Part shown: piece after piece, positions 22,293 to 32,153 of the stretch
How positions within the stretch are numbered: the stretch's first letter is position 1
Layout of the letters: each line of letters opens with the position of its first letter
From: Fervidobacterium sp.
GTDB lineage: Bacteria > Thermotogota > Thermotogae > Thermotogales > Fervidobacteriaceae
Length of the DNA stretch: 64,000 bases
Reading direction: 5' to 3'
NCBI GenBank assembly: GCA_049970055.1
Contig: JBMFNR010000003.1
Coordinates: 1 to 64,000 of the forward strand
Made by a program: the position numbers and the translations under genes
Notes under the pieces: generated by a model
What the model was told of the DNA's origin: nothing
The model's input: the letters and a program-made list of their open reading frames with translations, nothing else
Databases searched by the model: none

Positions 22293-22313
22293 TATTATTA
22301 TTATTATTATTAT
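22293..22313. repeat. (TAT)7 microsatellite overlapping the lpdA -10 element
   Basis: Seven TAT units; minus strand reads TGCTATAAT then AAT repeats. Confidence 0.8.
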
Positions 22314-22511
22314 AGCATATACCCTATGAATTATCCACAATTCTTTCACAGTACTGTATATATTCTTGAAAATCAATGGGAATGTAGCAAAACAAGAGTA
22401 AAAACTAAAAGGATTTATTGATGGTATAATACTTCTGATACAAGAAAATTTTAACCATGTTTTGGAACAGATGAATGGGATAGATCAGCTGGATCATCAG
22501 GGGGGACTGTT

Positions 22512-24386
22512 ATGAGAGAAGCTAAGGTGCCAGGAGATGTTTTTCTTATTCCTTACCCAAAGATCTTGGTTAAGAAGAATGGAAAGTGCGTTTTGAAATC
22601 GAATAATTGGATTTATTCACAAAATGATAGATTGGGACTTACTATACTCAAGGAACTTAAAAGGTATGGTTTAGAATATCGTTATGGAAAGTACGATGCA
22701 ACCCAAGTAAAAGGTCAAGTGCAAAACGGGGATATAATACTTGAGGTAAATGAATATGTGATGCCAAGGAAGGAAGGTTTTAAGATATTTATTGGAGATA
22801 GTATTCAGGTCTTTGCACATGATGAAGCAGGATTGTTTTACGCTTTTCAAACGTTAAAGCAATTAATAAGGCAGTTTGGGAATCAGCTTCCTAAGATGTA
22901 TATCAAAGATTATCCAGATTTTCCGAATAGAGGTGTTATGCTTGATATAAGTCGCGATAGGATACCTAGAATGGAAACTTTAAAGTACGTAGTTGATAAA
23001 CTTTCTGAATTGAGGTTTAATCAATTACAACTCTATATGGAACACACGTTTGCATACAAAAATCATAAGAAAGTCTGGGAGGAGTATTCACCACTAACCC
23101 ATGAAGAGATTGTTGAACTGGACAATTATTGTAGAGAAAGACATGTTGAACTCGTGCCCAATCAGAACACTTTTGGACATCTTAGTAAGTGGCTAATCCA
23201 CGAAGAATACAAATATTTGGCTGAAGCTCCAGACGGGTACGAAACTCCGTGGGGTTTTAGATACGAGTATCCGTTCTCACTTTCCCCAGCCGTTGAAGAA
23301 TCTACGAAATTCATTCAGGAACTGCTTGATGAGCTTTTACCACTTTTTTCAAGCTCGCAGGTTAATATCGGTTGTGATGAAACACTCGACCTTGGTGTGG
23401 GAAAATCAAAGCAGTTATGTGAAAGGTATGGTAAGGGTAAAGTTTACTATGATTTCCTTATGAAGATATATTCTATAGCAAAGAAACACAAGCGTGCAGT
23501 TATGTTTTGGGGAGATATCATAGAAAGCCATCCAGAGTTCATCCCAATTCTTCCGAAGGATATGATTTCCATGGTTTGGGGTTACGAAGCAGATCATCCA
23601 TTTGACGAGAAATGTAAATTGTTTGCTGATAGTGGAATTCCATTTTACGTGTGTCCAGGTACATCGACATGGAACACATTTATTGGAAGGAGCGATAATG
23701 CCATTGAGAATATTAAAAATGCAATCATAAATGGTAAAAAGTATGGAGCTATCGGGGTGCTTCTAACAGATTGGGGTGACAACGGACATCCACAACATCT
23801 TCCACTTTCTTGGATAGGTTTTTCATACGCAGCGTTGTTAAGTTGGAACAGTCAAATAGAAGATACTGACATTGGTTGGTTTTTAAAATCGGTAAACGTG
23901 AACATCTTTGAAACAAGTGTACCGTTAGCTGAACTGATATACAGATTAGGCTCTTTACATAATCAGTTATTCTACGCACCAAATGGTACACCATTTTTCT
24001 ATGCGTTTTTATATCCCGAAAGATTCAGTACGAAGAATATAGATATTGAAAAATTAAAACAGGTAAGTTCTGAACTTGATGAGATAATAAGTAACCTCAA
24101 ACAAAACGAAAATCACATTCCGAACATAATTAGACAATTGATAAATAACATCGACTTTGCACGATTAGGGCTTAACGTTATGGAATTTTTGGCTGTTTAT
24201 AAAGATATTCAAGCGGTTCCACAGTTGGAGTGGAGTTCATTCGAGGAAAGACTTAACGAAGTTTTGGAATATTACAGACAAATATGGCTTGAACAGAACA
24301 GAGTGGGTGGTCTTAAGCAAAGCATTGAAAAATTAACAAGAATACTCAGAGTAAGGCAAGGAGACAAACGGGGGTTGATCTTTTGA
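22512..24386 (+). CDS. GH20 beta-N-acetylhexosaminidase
   Basis: DYPDFPNRGVMLDISR, NTFGH, IGCDET catalytic pair, TDWGDNGH. Confidence 0.92.
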   Translation: MREAKVPGDVFLIPYPKILVKKNGKCVLKSNNWIYSQNDRLGLTILKELKRYGLEYRYGKYDATQVKGQVQNGDIILEVNEYVMPRKEGFKIFIGDSIQVFAHDEAGLFYAFQTLKQLIRQFGNQLPKMYIKDYPDFPNRGVMLDISRDRIPRMETLKYVVDKLSELRFNQLQLYMEHTFAYKNHKKVWEEYSPLTHEEIVELDNYCRERHVELVPNQNTFGHLSKWLIHEEYKYLAEAPDGYETPWGFRYEYPFSLSPAVEESTKFIQELLDELLPLFSSSQVNIGCDETLDLGVGKSKQLCERYGKGKVYYDFLMKIYSIAKKHKRAVMFWGDIIESHPEFIPILPKDMISMVWGYEADHPFDEKCKLFADSGIPFYVCPGTSTWNTFIGRSDNAIENIKNAIINGKKYGAIGVLLTDWGDNGHPQHLPLSWIGFSYAALLSWNSQIEDTDIGWFLKSVNVNIFETSVPLAELIYRLGSLHNQLFYAPNGTPFFYAFLYPERFSTKNIDIEKLKQVSSELDEIISNLKQNENHIPNIIRQLINNIDFARLGLNVMEFLAVYKDIQAVPQLEWSSFEERLNEVLEYYRQIWLEQNRVGGLKQSIEKLTRILRVRQGDKRGLIF

Positions 24387-25948
24387 TAAAGCCAAAAAAA
24401 TTCGCCAAAAATCGTATTTTTCTTCAATCAATTCCATTACTCTACATCTTTCTCACACTTGTTGTACCATTTGCTTTTAGTTTGTATTTTTCAGGTGGAC
24501 TAAGTTTACAAGCCCTTATGGATAATGCATCTAAGATTCGCTTCACTATATTCCAAGCTCTGCTATCTTCTGTTTTAACTACGTTACTTGGTATACCTGG
24601 TGCTTATTTAATTGGACGTACAAAGATTAGGGAGCCAATTAAAAAAGTATTTCGTGTGATGTCAGCTGTACCATTCGTATTGCCAGGCATTACGGTAGCT
24701 ATTGGATTTTTCTTGACGTTTGGGAAAAATGGTATATACTCACAATTTTTGAGACTTTTTGGAGTGAACATCCAAATCCTTTACACCTTTGTTGCCGTAC
24801 TTATTGGGCATGTTTTTTACAATTTCCCTCTCTTCATACGCATCGTTGGTGAGGCATGGGAAAATATAGATGGATATGTTATAGAAGCCGCAAAACTTGA
24901 TGGGGCAACTAACGAACAAATTTTCACAAGAATTGAGATACCAATACTTTTACCATCGATTTTAAGAGCATTCTTTCTGACTTACATCTATACATTCACA
25001 AGTTTTTCTGTGGTACTTATACTGGGAGGTATTAAGTACTCAACACTTGAGGTAGCTATTTACATGTACTCAAGAATAACCTTCGATTTTAAAGCAGCGT
25101 CAACGTTGATGGTTTTCCAATTGCTTTTCATATCTATATTTGGGTACATAATCTCCATAAAAAGAGAAACTTACGAGAAACACTACTATAGACATTTGGA
25201 AAATTTTCCAAAGTGGGGCTACGGCTTTTTTATACTTTCAGTAATTTTGATTTTCGTTCCACTTATTTACTCTGCTCTCTCAGGATTTTTAGATTACTTT
25301 GGTAAGTTTTCATTAACCAATTTTAAAATGTTTTTCAAAGAGAACTTAGAATACCTTGTAGGCGTAAGTATAAAAGATGTTGTCTTTTATACTATTTTTA
25401 TATCGCTAAGTGCTTCTGCAATAAGCGTTCTTGTAAGCTTTATAGCAGGTTACTACTCATCGCGTGGGAAAAGATTGAATTATGTAGTTCTACTTCCTGC
25501 CGCTGTATCGTCTGTTTCAATAGCCTTTTCCTACACATTTATTTCTATACCTGTTTTGTTAAAAATCATTCTTACCCATTCGCTTATAACTTTACCATTA
25601 TCTTTTGGTATCATAGAAGCTGGATGGCGTAACATTCCAGAATCAATTTTGGATGCTGCGCGAGTTGATGGGGCAGGTAATTTTTTCCTAACTACAAATA
25701 TCATTTTGCCTTTGGTAAGGAATTTTTTATTTACAGCATTCGTGTATTCATTCACCATTTCTGTAGGGGAAACATCAGGCACATTAACCTTAGCAGAGCC
25801 TCCTATAATTACTTTCTCCGCAGTCGTTTTCAGACTCATGAGTTCCCGTAATACAGAAATAGCTATGGTTCTAAATACGTTTTACTTTACGTTTGTATTT
25901 TTGCTTTTCGCGTTAAATGAAGCTCTTCGAGGTGTGGTGGAAGATTAA
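24383..25948 (+). CDS. Fused two-domain ABC permease (ThiP/FbpB family)
   Basis: HVFYNFP; two EAA loops (IEAAKLDGA, LDAARVDGA). Confidence 0.85.
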   Translation: MIKPKKFAKNRIFLQSIPLLYIFLTLVVPFAFSLYFSGGLSLQALMDNASKIRFTIFQALLSSVLTTLLGIPGAYLIGRTKIREPIKKVFRVMSAVPFVLPGITVAIGFFLTFGKNGIYSQFLRLFGVNIQILYTFVAVLIGHVFYNFPLFIRIVGEAWENIDGYVIEAAKLDGATNEQIFTRIEIPILLPSILRAFFLTYIYTFTSFSVVLILGGIKYSTLEVAIYMYSRITFDFKAASTLMVFQLLFISIFGYIISIKRETYEKHYYRHLENFPKWGYGFFILSVILIFVPLIYSALSGFLDYFGKFSLTNFKMFFKENLEYLVGVSIKDVVFYTIFISLSASAISVLVSFIAGYYSSRGKRLNYVVLLPAAVSSVSIAFSYTFISIPVLLKIILTHSLITLPLSFGIIEAGWRNIPESILDAARVDGAGNFFLTTNIILPLVRNFLFTAFVYSFTISVGETSGTLTLAEPPIITFSAVVFRLMSSRNTEIAMVLNTFYFTFVFLLFALNEALRGVVED

Positions 25949-25995
25949 GAAAATTAATTAAAGATAATTGAAGATGTGTAAGGGAGGGTATATCT

Positions 25996-27451
25996 GTGAT
26001 TCTTTTTGGAACAGGTGGGATACGTGGTATTATGCGTGAAGGCGAATTCGACTAAAAAACTGTTGCTGTTGCATCTAAAGGTGTGGCAGAGTATATGAAA
26101 CGTAATGGACTAAGTAAAGTACTTATTGCTTACGATACAAGAAATAACTCTGAGAATTTTGCAAAGATCGCTGCTTCTGTATTCAAAGGGGAAGGTTTGC
26201 AAGCTTATTTATTTTCGGAACCAGTACCAACTCCTGTACTATCGTATGGTGTGAGAAAACTTGGTATGGATATGGGAGCAGTGATAACGGCAAGTCACAA
26301 CCCACCAGAGTATAACGGTTACAAAGTTTACACCTCGAATGGTGTGCAGGCTATTCCAGAAGTTACCGATGTATTAGCAAAACTTGTTGAAGAAGCGTGG
26401 AATTTACCAATCCACGTTGTTGAAAAGTATGAATTTGTGGAAGATAGGGTTATCGATGATTACATAGAAAACATTGCAAGGGTTGTAAATGAAAAACTTG
26501 ACGGATTAAAAGTTGTCTACTCACTACTTCATGGTACATGAGCCAGATTTGTACCAACGTTGCTTAAAAAACTTGGTGCGGAAGTTGTAGAAGTTACTGA
26601 GCAGATGGTACATGTTGGGAGCTTTTCAACGGTAAAAACACCAAACCCGGAAGATGAAAGGGCTCTTGAATTACTAAGAACGTATATGAAAAGATACAAC
26701 ATTGAGCTTGGTATGGCAATTGATCCAGATGCCTATAGAGTTTGTGTTGTTTTTAAAGACGCAGTGTTAACTAGAAATCAAGTCGGTGTACTTTTGGCAG
26801 ACAAACTTATTCAAGAGTACAAGTATTCTGGAAAGAATAACGGAATGTTAGTTAAAACGATAGTGAGTACGAATATGGTTGTGTCGATGTGTGAAGAAAG
26901 CAATGTAAAGTTATTCGAAGTTCCAACAGGATTTAAATTCATTGGTGATTTGGTTGAGAAGAAAAAGGAATACGATTTCATACTTGGTTTTGAGGAAAGC
27001 TGTGGATATTTGACTGGTAACATTGTGCGTGATAAAGATGCTGTTCTCGCTTGTGTACTTGCTGGGAAAGTTGCTAAGAGTGTTAACTTACTTGAAAGGC
27101 TAAGTGAATTGTACGAAAGATACGGATATTATTTTGAAAGGCCTTCTAAATTTTGAACTTAGCAGTATAGAAAAGTCGTACCAGGTTTACGAGAAAATCA
27201 AAGAGGGTAACTTTATTGACATACTCGAGGTCATCGATTATTCCAAAGGATATGATAATGTTTTACCGAACGAAACACTGAAGCTTGTGTTCGAAGATGG
27301 AACATTATTAGTAAGACCATCCGGTACTGAGCCAAAGATGAAAGTATACGTAATGGTAAGAAGTGAGGCGCGGGAAATTGCGCAAGAAAAATTAAACACA
27401 CTTTCAGAAAAGATGATAAAAATAGTTAAAAAACTTACGAATGAAAATTAA
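25996..27451 (+). pseudogene. Phosphoglucomutase/phosphomannomutase pseudogene
   Basis: FGTGGIRG, TASHNP, GFEESCG, RPSGTEPK motifs interrupted by TAA 26053, TGA 26539 and a frameshift near 27140; metal loop altered to DPDAYR. Confidence 0.93.
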
Positions 27452-27549
27452 TGAAGTAACTAAAAAATCGCAGGCATAAACTAAGAAAAGCCTACGATTT
27501 TTGCTTTCAACAAACTTACAAAATTGTTTGTGTTGTAAATGAAACAAAA

Positions 27550-28425
27550 TTAAACTACGAATTCACCTTCGAATATGATCTTTGCCTTTCCACCAACGTA
27601 TGATTTATAAATTCCGTCTTTTAGATGAACCTTTGCAAAGATAATAGATATTCTTCCCATGCTTTCACCTTGGATAATTTGGTATACTACTTCGGGTTGA
27701 ACAATACCGTGCTTGTAGAGATAATAAATCAGTGCACCGTTAGCTGTACCTGTTGCAGCTTCTTCTTCGATACCGTAAAGAGGAGCAAAATCTCTACAAT
27801 TTGCAAGTGCGTTTGTTTCATCTAATGTAAAGGCGTGGAAACTAACTATGTTGTTAACTCGACAAAAATCTGCTATTTTATTAAAATCAGGTTCGATAGA
27901 TAAAAGTGCTTGCTTTGTTTTAATTGGTATTATCATGTCCCATAATCCTGTCGTAACAGGTAATGGTGCAAGGTGATGGTTTAGATCTCCAATATCATCT
28001 GGTTGGATACCAAGTGTCATTGCTATGTACTCTATATCAGATCTTTCAAGGGGATCTCCAATAAATGGGTCTGCTTGTTCCATCATTACAAGGGAATTTG
28101 AAACCTCGATTTCAAGTAAACCTGCTTTTGAATACATTTTGTAAACACCATTATCTCTAATAATTCCCTTTTCTTTAAGTACACTAAATGTTGCTATAGT
28201 TGCGTGCCCGCAAAGATCTATCTCGGAAACGGGTGTGAAAAACAAAACAATAAACTCACTGTCAGACTTTGGTCTAACAAACGCCGTTTCAGAAAAGCGG
28301 AGCTCTTTGGCTATCGACTGCATGAATTCTTTCGAAATATTCTCGTGGTTATCCAAAAGCACCACGCCTGCTTGATTACCAAGGAATGGCTTATCAGTAA
28401 ATGCATCAACGATAAATAGACGCAT
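27550..28425 (-). CDS. PhzF-family isomerase
   Basis: VDAFTDKPFLGNQAGVV, FSETAF, EIDLCGHAT, EEAATGTANG. Confidence 0.93.
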   Translation of the reverse strand: MRLFIVDAFTDKPFLGNQAGVVLLDNHENISKEFMQSIAKELRFSETAFVRPKSDSEFIVLFFTPVSEIDLCGHATIATFSVLKEKGIIRDNGVYKMYSKAGLLEIEVSNSLVMMEQADPFIGDPLERSDIEYIAMTLGIQPDDIGDLNHHLAPLPVTTGLWDMIIPIKTKQALLSIEPDFNKIADFCRVNNIVSFHAFTLDETNALANCRDFAPLYGIEEEAATGTANGALIYYLYKHGIVQPEVVYQIIQGESMGRISIIFAKVHLKDGIYKSYVGGKAKIIFEGEFVV

Positions 28426-28562
28426 CAAAAATCCCCCCATTCAAAGGTTGTCTAAAAATATTATAACACAAGCGCCAATCTTAAAAATTCTTAATAATTT
28501 CATGATATAATCAAAACGCGAGAACTTTTAAAAAATTACGGATTCCAGAAGGAGGAATTTTC

Positions 28563-29348
28563 ATGAGAAAGATCGCTTTTATTTCTGATATCCATTCCAA
28601 TCTTGAAGCTTTGGAGAGTGTTTTGGAAGATATCAAATCGAAAAGTATAGAGGAAGTCTATTGTTTGGGAGACCTCGTAGGTTATGGACCGAATCCGAAT
28701 GAGGTTATAGAACTTATAAAAAGTAACGGGATCATAACTATAATGGGAAATTACGATGATGCAGTAGGATTTGAGAAGGAAAGTTGTGGTTGTTCGTACA
28801 ATCCAGGACGTGAGACGGAAGTGGGAGATGAATCTTTAAATTGGACTATCAAAGTTACAACTAAGGAAAATAAGGACTTTTTGAAAAACTTACCAAAAAG
28901 ACTATCGTTAAGTATCGAGGGAATAAACATACTCCTTGTGCATGGAAGTCCTCTTAATTATCTTTTAGAGTATGTAAAGCCATCGATATCATCGGAACGA
29001 TTGATGATTCTTGTAAAAGATGTGAAAGAGGATATAATTGTTAATGGTCACACACACCTTGTCATGGCAAAGCATTTGTTCGGAAAGACCGTTTTGAATC
29101 CAGGCAGTGTTGGACGTACAAAAGATGGTGTTCCTGGCGCCACGTATTTGATTTTAAGTGCCGATAATGGAGTTTTTTGGTACGAATTTGTACATGTGAA
29201 ATACGATGTCAAGAAAACCATTGAAAAGATGGCAAAGGTAGGTCTCCCAGCAGAGTTGGGAACGGTTTTAGCTTTGGGTGGTACATTTGACATGGGATCT
29301 GGCAGGAATGTTCATAAAGGTGAAAGTACATTGAACTTTAATATTTAA
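28563..29348 (+). CDS. Calcineurin-like metallophosphoesterase with CGC motif
   Basis: SDIHSN, GDLVGYG, GNYD, HGSP, GHTH, NPGSVG. Confidence 0.92.
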   Translation: MRKIAFISDIHSNLEALESVLEDIKSKSIEEVYCLGDLVGYGPNPNEVIELIKSNGIITIMGNYDDAVGFEKESCGCSYNPGRETEVGDESLNWTIKVTTKENKDFLKNLPKRLSLSIEGINILLVHGSPLNYLLEYVKPSISSERLMILVKDVKEDIIVNGHTHLVMAKHLFGKTVLNPGSVGRTKDGVPGATYLILSADNGVFWYEFVHVKYDVKKTIEKMAKVGLPAELGTVLALGGTFDMGSGRNVHKGESTLNFNI

Positions 29349-29374
29349 GCTATTTAAGGAGTGAAGTACATAGA

Positions 29375-30196
29375 ATGCTTATTTCAATCGTTGGTGGCGG
29401 TCCTGCAGGAGTCTCATGTGCAACGTTGCTTAAACGGTATGGGATAGGTGTTGTGATATACGAAAAACGTCAACTCGGGGGGTTAATAACAAATGCTTGG
29501 CTTGTGGAAAATTTTCCATTAGTTGAACCTGCAAGTGGTGAGCTATTGGCGCAGAAGTTAAGAGAGGCTGTTGAAAAATACAATATTCCTGTTGTATACG
29601 ATGAAATTTATCTTGTGAAAAAGGCTGATGATGCTAAAAAAATCAAATTAGTAGGAGCCAAAAGCACGTATTTTTCAGATATAGTTGTATTGGCTACTGG
29701 TACGAAGCCAAAAAGGATAGAGAAATTAGAGACTTCAGATCGTGTAGTTTACGAATTTCGCGATTTGCCAGACTATGTGGAAAGTGTTGCTTTTTATGGA
29801 GGCGGAGATGTAGCTTTTGATGGTGCAATAAAAAATCATTATCTCGGAAGGCTATCAACGATTTTGGTAAGAAATAACAAGTTAAAGGCCGTGCCAAGGT
29901 TGGTGGATGAGGTAAAAAGGCTTAAAATACCGGTGAAGTTTAATGAAGAGATTGTAAGGGTAAGCGAGAGCAACGGAAAGTTGTTGGTAGAAACAATAAA
30001 AGAAGAAAAACTATTTGATGCACTTTTGATAGCTATAGGTAGAGAGAGTAATTTACCTAAGATAGAAGGTCTTGAAATTGGTCAGCAAGTACATATAATA
30101 GGTGATGCGGGGCATGACAGATACAGACAATCTTCGATTGCAGTTGGCGATGGAATTAGATGTGCAATGGAGATAGTGAAGTTAATTGATAGATAA
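29375..30196 (+). CDS. Thioredoxin-reductase-like FAD/NAD(P) oxidoreductase lacking CxxC
   Basis: GGGPAG, VENFP, LATG, GGGDVAFD, IGDA, AVGDG; no CxxC. Confidence 0.85.
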   Translation: MLISIVGGGPAGVSCATLLKRYGIGVVIYEKRQLGGLITNAWLVENFPLVEPASGELLAQKLREAVEKYNIPVVYDEIYLVKKADDAKKIKLVGAKSTYFSDIVVLATGTKPKRIEKLETSDRVVYEFRDLPDYVESVAFYGGGDVAFDGAIKNHYLGRLSTILVRNNKLKAVPRLVDEVKRLKIPVKFNEEIVRVSESNGKLLVETIKEEKLFDALLIAIGRESNLPKIEGLEIGQQVHIIGDAGHDRYRQSSIAVGDGIRCAMEIVKLIDR

Positions 30197-30232
30197 CATG
30201 AATTGAAATTAAACGAACGTGGAGGTGTCGTT

Positions 30233-31213
30233 TTGGTGTCAGGTAAAGATAGATATGAAAAATACTTAGAAGGCTTGGAAGTTATAGAAAAATTTGAGAG
30301 AGAAGATATAGCGATGGTGTACCTTGGTAAAACAAAAGGAGGTGCACTTGTAGAGTTTGTTGAATCTGTACAGCCCCCCATTCCAAGAGATAAAAAATGG
30401 GTACTTATAATTTCGACAATGGACGGATGCCCCGTTGGTTGTAAAATGTGTGATGCCGGCGGTTATTATAAAAGGAAACTTACAAAGGAAGAAATTTTAT
30501 CGCAGATAGCTTATTTGATAAGAACAAGGTATAAAAACGCTACATGTATACCTGTTGAGAAATTCAAAATTCAGTTTGCACGGGTTGGTGAACCTGCTCT
30601 AAATGATGGAGTTTTGGATGTCTTAGATGAACTACCTACAATTGTTGATGCACCTGGGTTGATGCCATCGATCAGTACAGTAGCACCAATTGGAAGAGAA
30701 ATTTGGTTCGAAAAGCTTTTACAAATAAAAAACAGGTATTACGTAGGCAGATTCCAGTTGCAATTTTCAATACATAGCACTGACGAAAAACAAAGGGACG
30801 AGATCATTCCTATTAAGAAATGGTCGTTTGAAAACATTAGTAGGTACGGAGAGGTTTTTGTTGGATCGGGTGACAGAAAAGTAACTTTAAATTTCGCACT
30901 TGCAAAAGAGAACGTAGCAGATGCGGACGTTTTAATGAGATATTTTAATCCTGAGAAGTTTCTGATAAAGATAACGCCAGTGAATCCTACCTACCGCTCA
31001 GTAGAGAATGGGTTAAATTCAGATGTTGAAGATGACGGTACTATCTCATCTCACAAAGATTTTGTTGAGAAATTGAGAGCAAGTGGTTACGAAGTTATTA
31101 TTAGCGTTGGCGAGCTTGAAGAGAATAAAATAGGTAGCAACTGTGGTCAGTACGTACAAAGACACTTGGCTTCCCAGAGAAAACTTGATGGAGCTTACGT
31201 TTTTGTGAAATGA
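30233..31213 (+). CDS. RlmN/Cfr-like radical SAM protein (atypical)
   Basis: CPVGCKMC, ARVGEPALN, LQFSIH, C-terminal NCGQ; TTG start after GGAGGT (ORF open from 30203). Confidence 0.85.
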   Translation: MVSGKDRYEKYLEGLEVIEKFEREDIAMVYLGKTKGGALVEFVESVQPPIPRDKKWVLIISTMDGCPVGCKMCDAGGYYKRKLTKEEILSQIAYLIRTRYKNATCIPVEKFKIQFARVGEPALNDGVLDVLDELPTIVDAPGLMPSISTVAPIGREIWFEKLLQIKNRYYVGRFQLQFSIHSTDEKQRDEIIPIKKWSFENISRYGEVFVGSGDRKVTLNFALAKENVADADVLMRYFNPEKFLIKITPVNPTYRSVENGLNSDVEDDGTISSHKDFVEKLRASGYEVIISVGELEENKIGSNCGQYVQRHLASQRKLDGAYVFVK

Positions 31214-31214
31214 T

Positions 31215-31793
31215 TTACCTTGTTTTTTCAAATAAATCAATTATTTCGGAAGAACTTGAGATGAGTGCAAAGCCATGGGCAAGGTTCCTTAAAGAGGCAA
31301 AATGGTACCATTCATCTTTGTCCCAGAGACAGTCTTCTATCATAACTATCTCGTAACCTCGGACGAAACCGCTCCGAGCCGTTGTTTCACAGCACAGATG
31401 TGTCATAACACCGGTTATTAATAGCTGGTCTACGTTGTTTGCTCTTAAATAACTATCAAGACTTGTGTTAAAAAAAGCATCGTAGGTATCTTTTAATATT
31501 ACAAGATCGAAATAGTCTTTTCTTATCATTGGCCTTGCCCATTCACTTTCAACGATATTTCCCCACCATTTTTCCATATTTCGCGAACCAGCTGAGTGAA
31601 TAGTTGCAATTATGCTTAATCTCCCTTTCAATATTTCTAATAACCTTTGGATATTCTCTAAGACACGTTCAGAATCTCTTAGGTAAGCAGGAGAATTTCT
31701 ATCGAAAAAGTAATTTTGAACATCTATTACAAGCAGCGCTGGTTTACCCAATGCAAGTTTATGCTTTTGTCTTTCTAAATAGAACATAATCAT
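31215..31793 (-). CDS. Isochorismatase-family cysteine hydrolase
   Basis: ALLVIDVQN, KDTYDAF, GVMTHLCCETTAR. Confidence 0.92.
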   Translation of the reverse strand: MIMFYLERQKHKLALGKPALLVIDVQNYFFDRNSPAYLRDSERVLENIQRLLEILKGRLSIIATIHSAGSRNMEKWWGNIVESEWARPMIRKDYFDLVILKDTYDAFFNTSLDSYLRANNVDQLLITGVMTHLCCETTARSGFVRGYEIVMIEDCLWDKDEWYHFASLRNLAHGFALISSSSEIIDLFEKTR

Positions 31794-31806
31794 TCCACCT
31801 TTGGCG

Positions 31807-32139
31807 TTATTTTTTCACAAATAGTTCGATCTTTAGTTCGTCTTCACTTGATTCGAAATCCACTTTACTTAGAAAAGGTGCGATATCATAAATTCCCTGT
31901 AGATTTCCAATTGATTCACTCAGAGAACTATAGTATTTTAGCTCAGGGTGATCTTTTGCTTTTTTCATTGCCTCAATGCTTTTTAAAATATCCACCGTAA
32001 CTTTTATATTTGCTTCTATCAAGATATGGAAGTCACGTTCTAGAGCAACGATCTCCGATGTGATTATATGAGCTCCTTTCTTAAGAAGAAAATAAGTTAT
32101 ATCGTTAACAGTCATTACAATGAGTTTTTCAATTTCCAT
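31807..32139 (-). CDS. Hypothetical protein
   Basis: 110-aa ORF with RBS, tightly spaced between DUF1576 and isochorismatase genes. Confidence 0.75.
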   Translation of the reverse strand: MEIEKLIVMTVNDITYFLLKKGAHIITSEIVALERDFHILIEANIKVTVDILKSIEAMKKAKDHPELKYYSSLSESIGNLQGIYDIAPFLSKVDFESSEDELKIELFVKK

Positions 32140-32153
32140 TCTTATCGCCTCTC

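Noticed and set aside
22331..22339. Perfect TTATCCACA DnaA box
   Set aside because: Single copy with no oriC gene context
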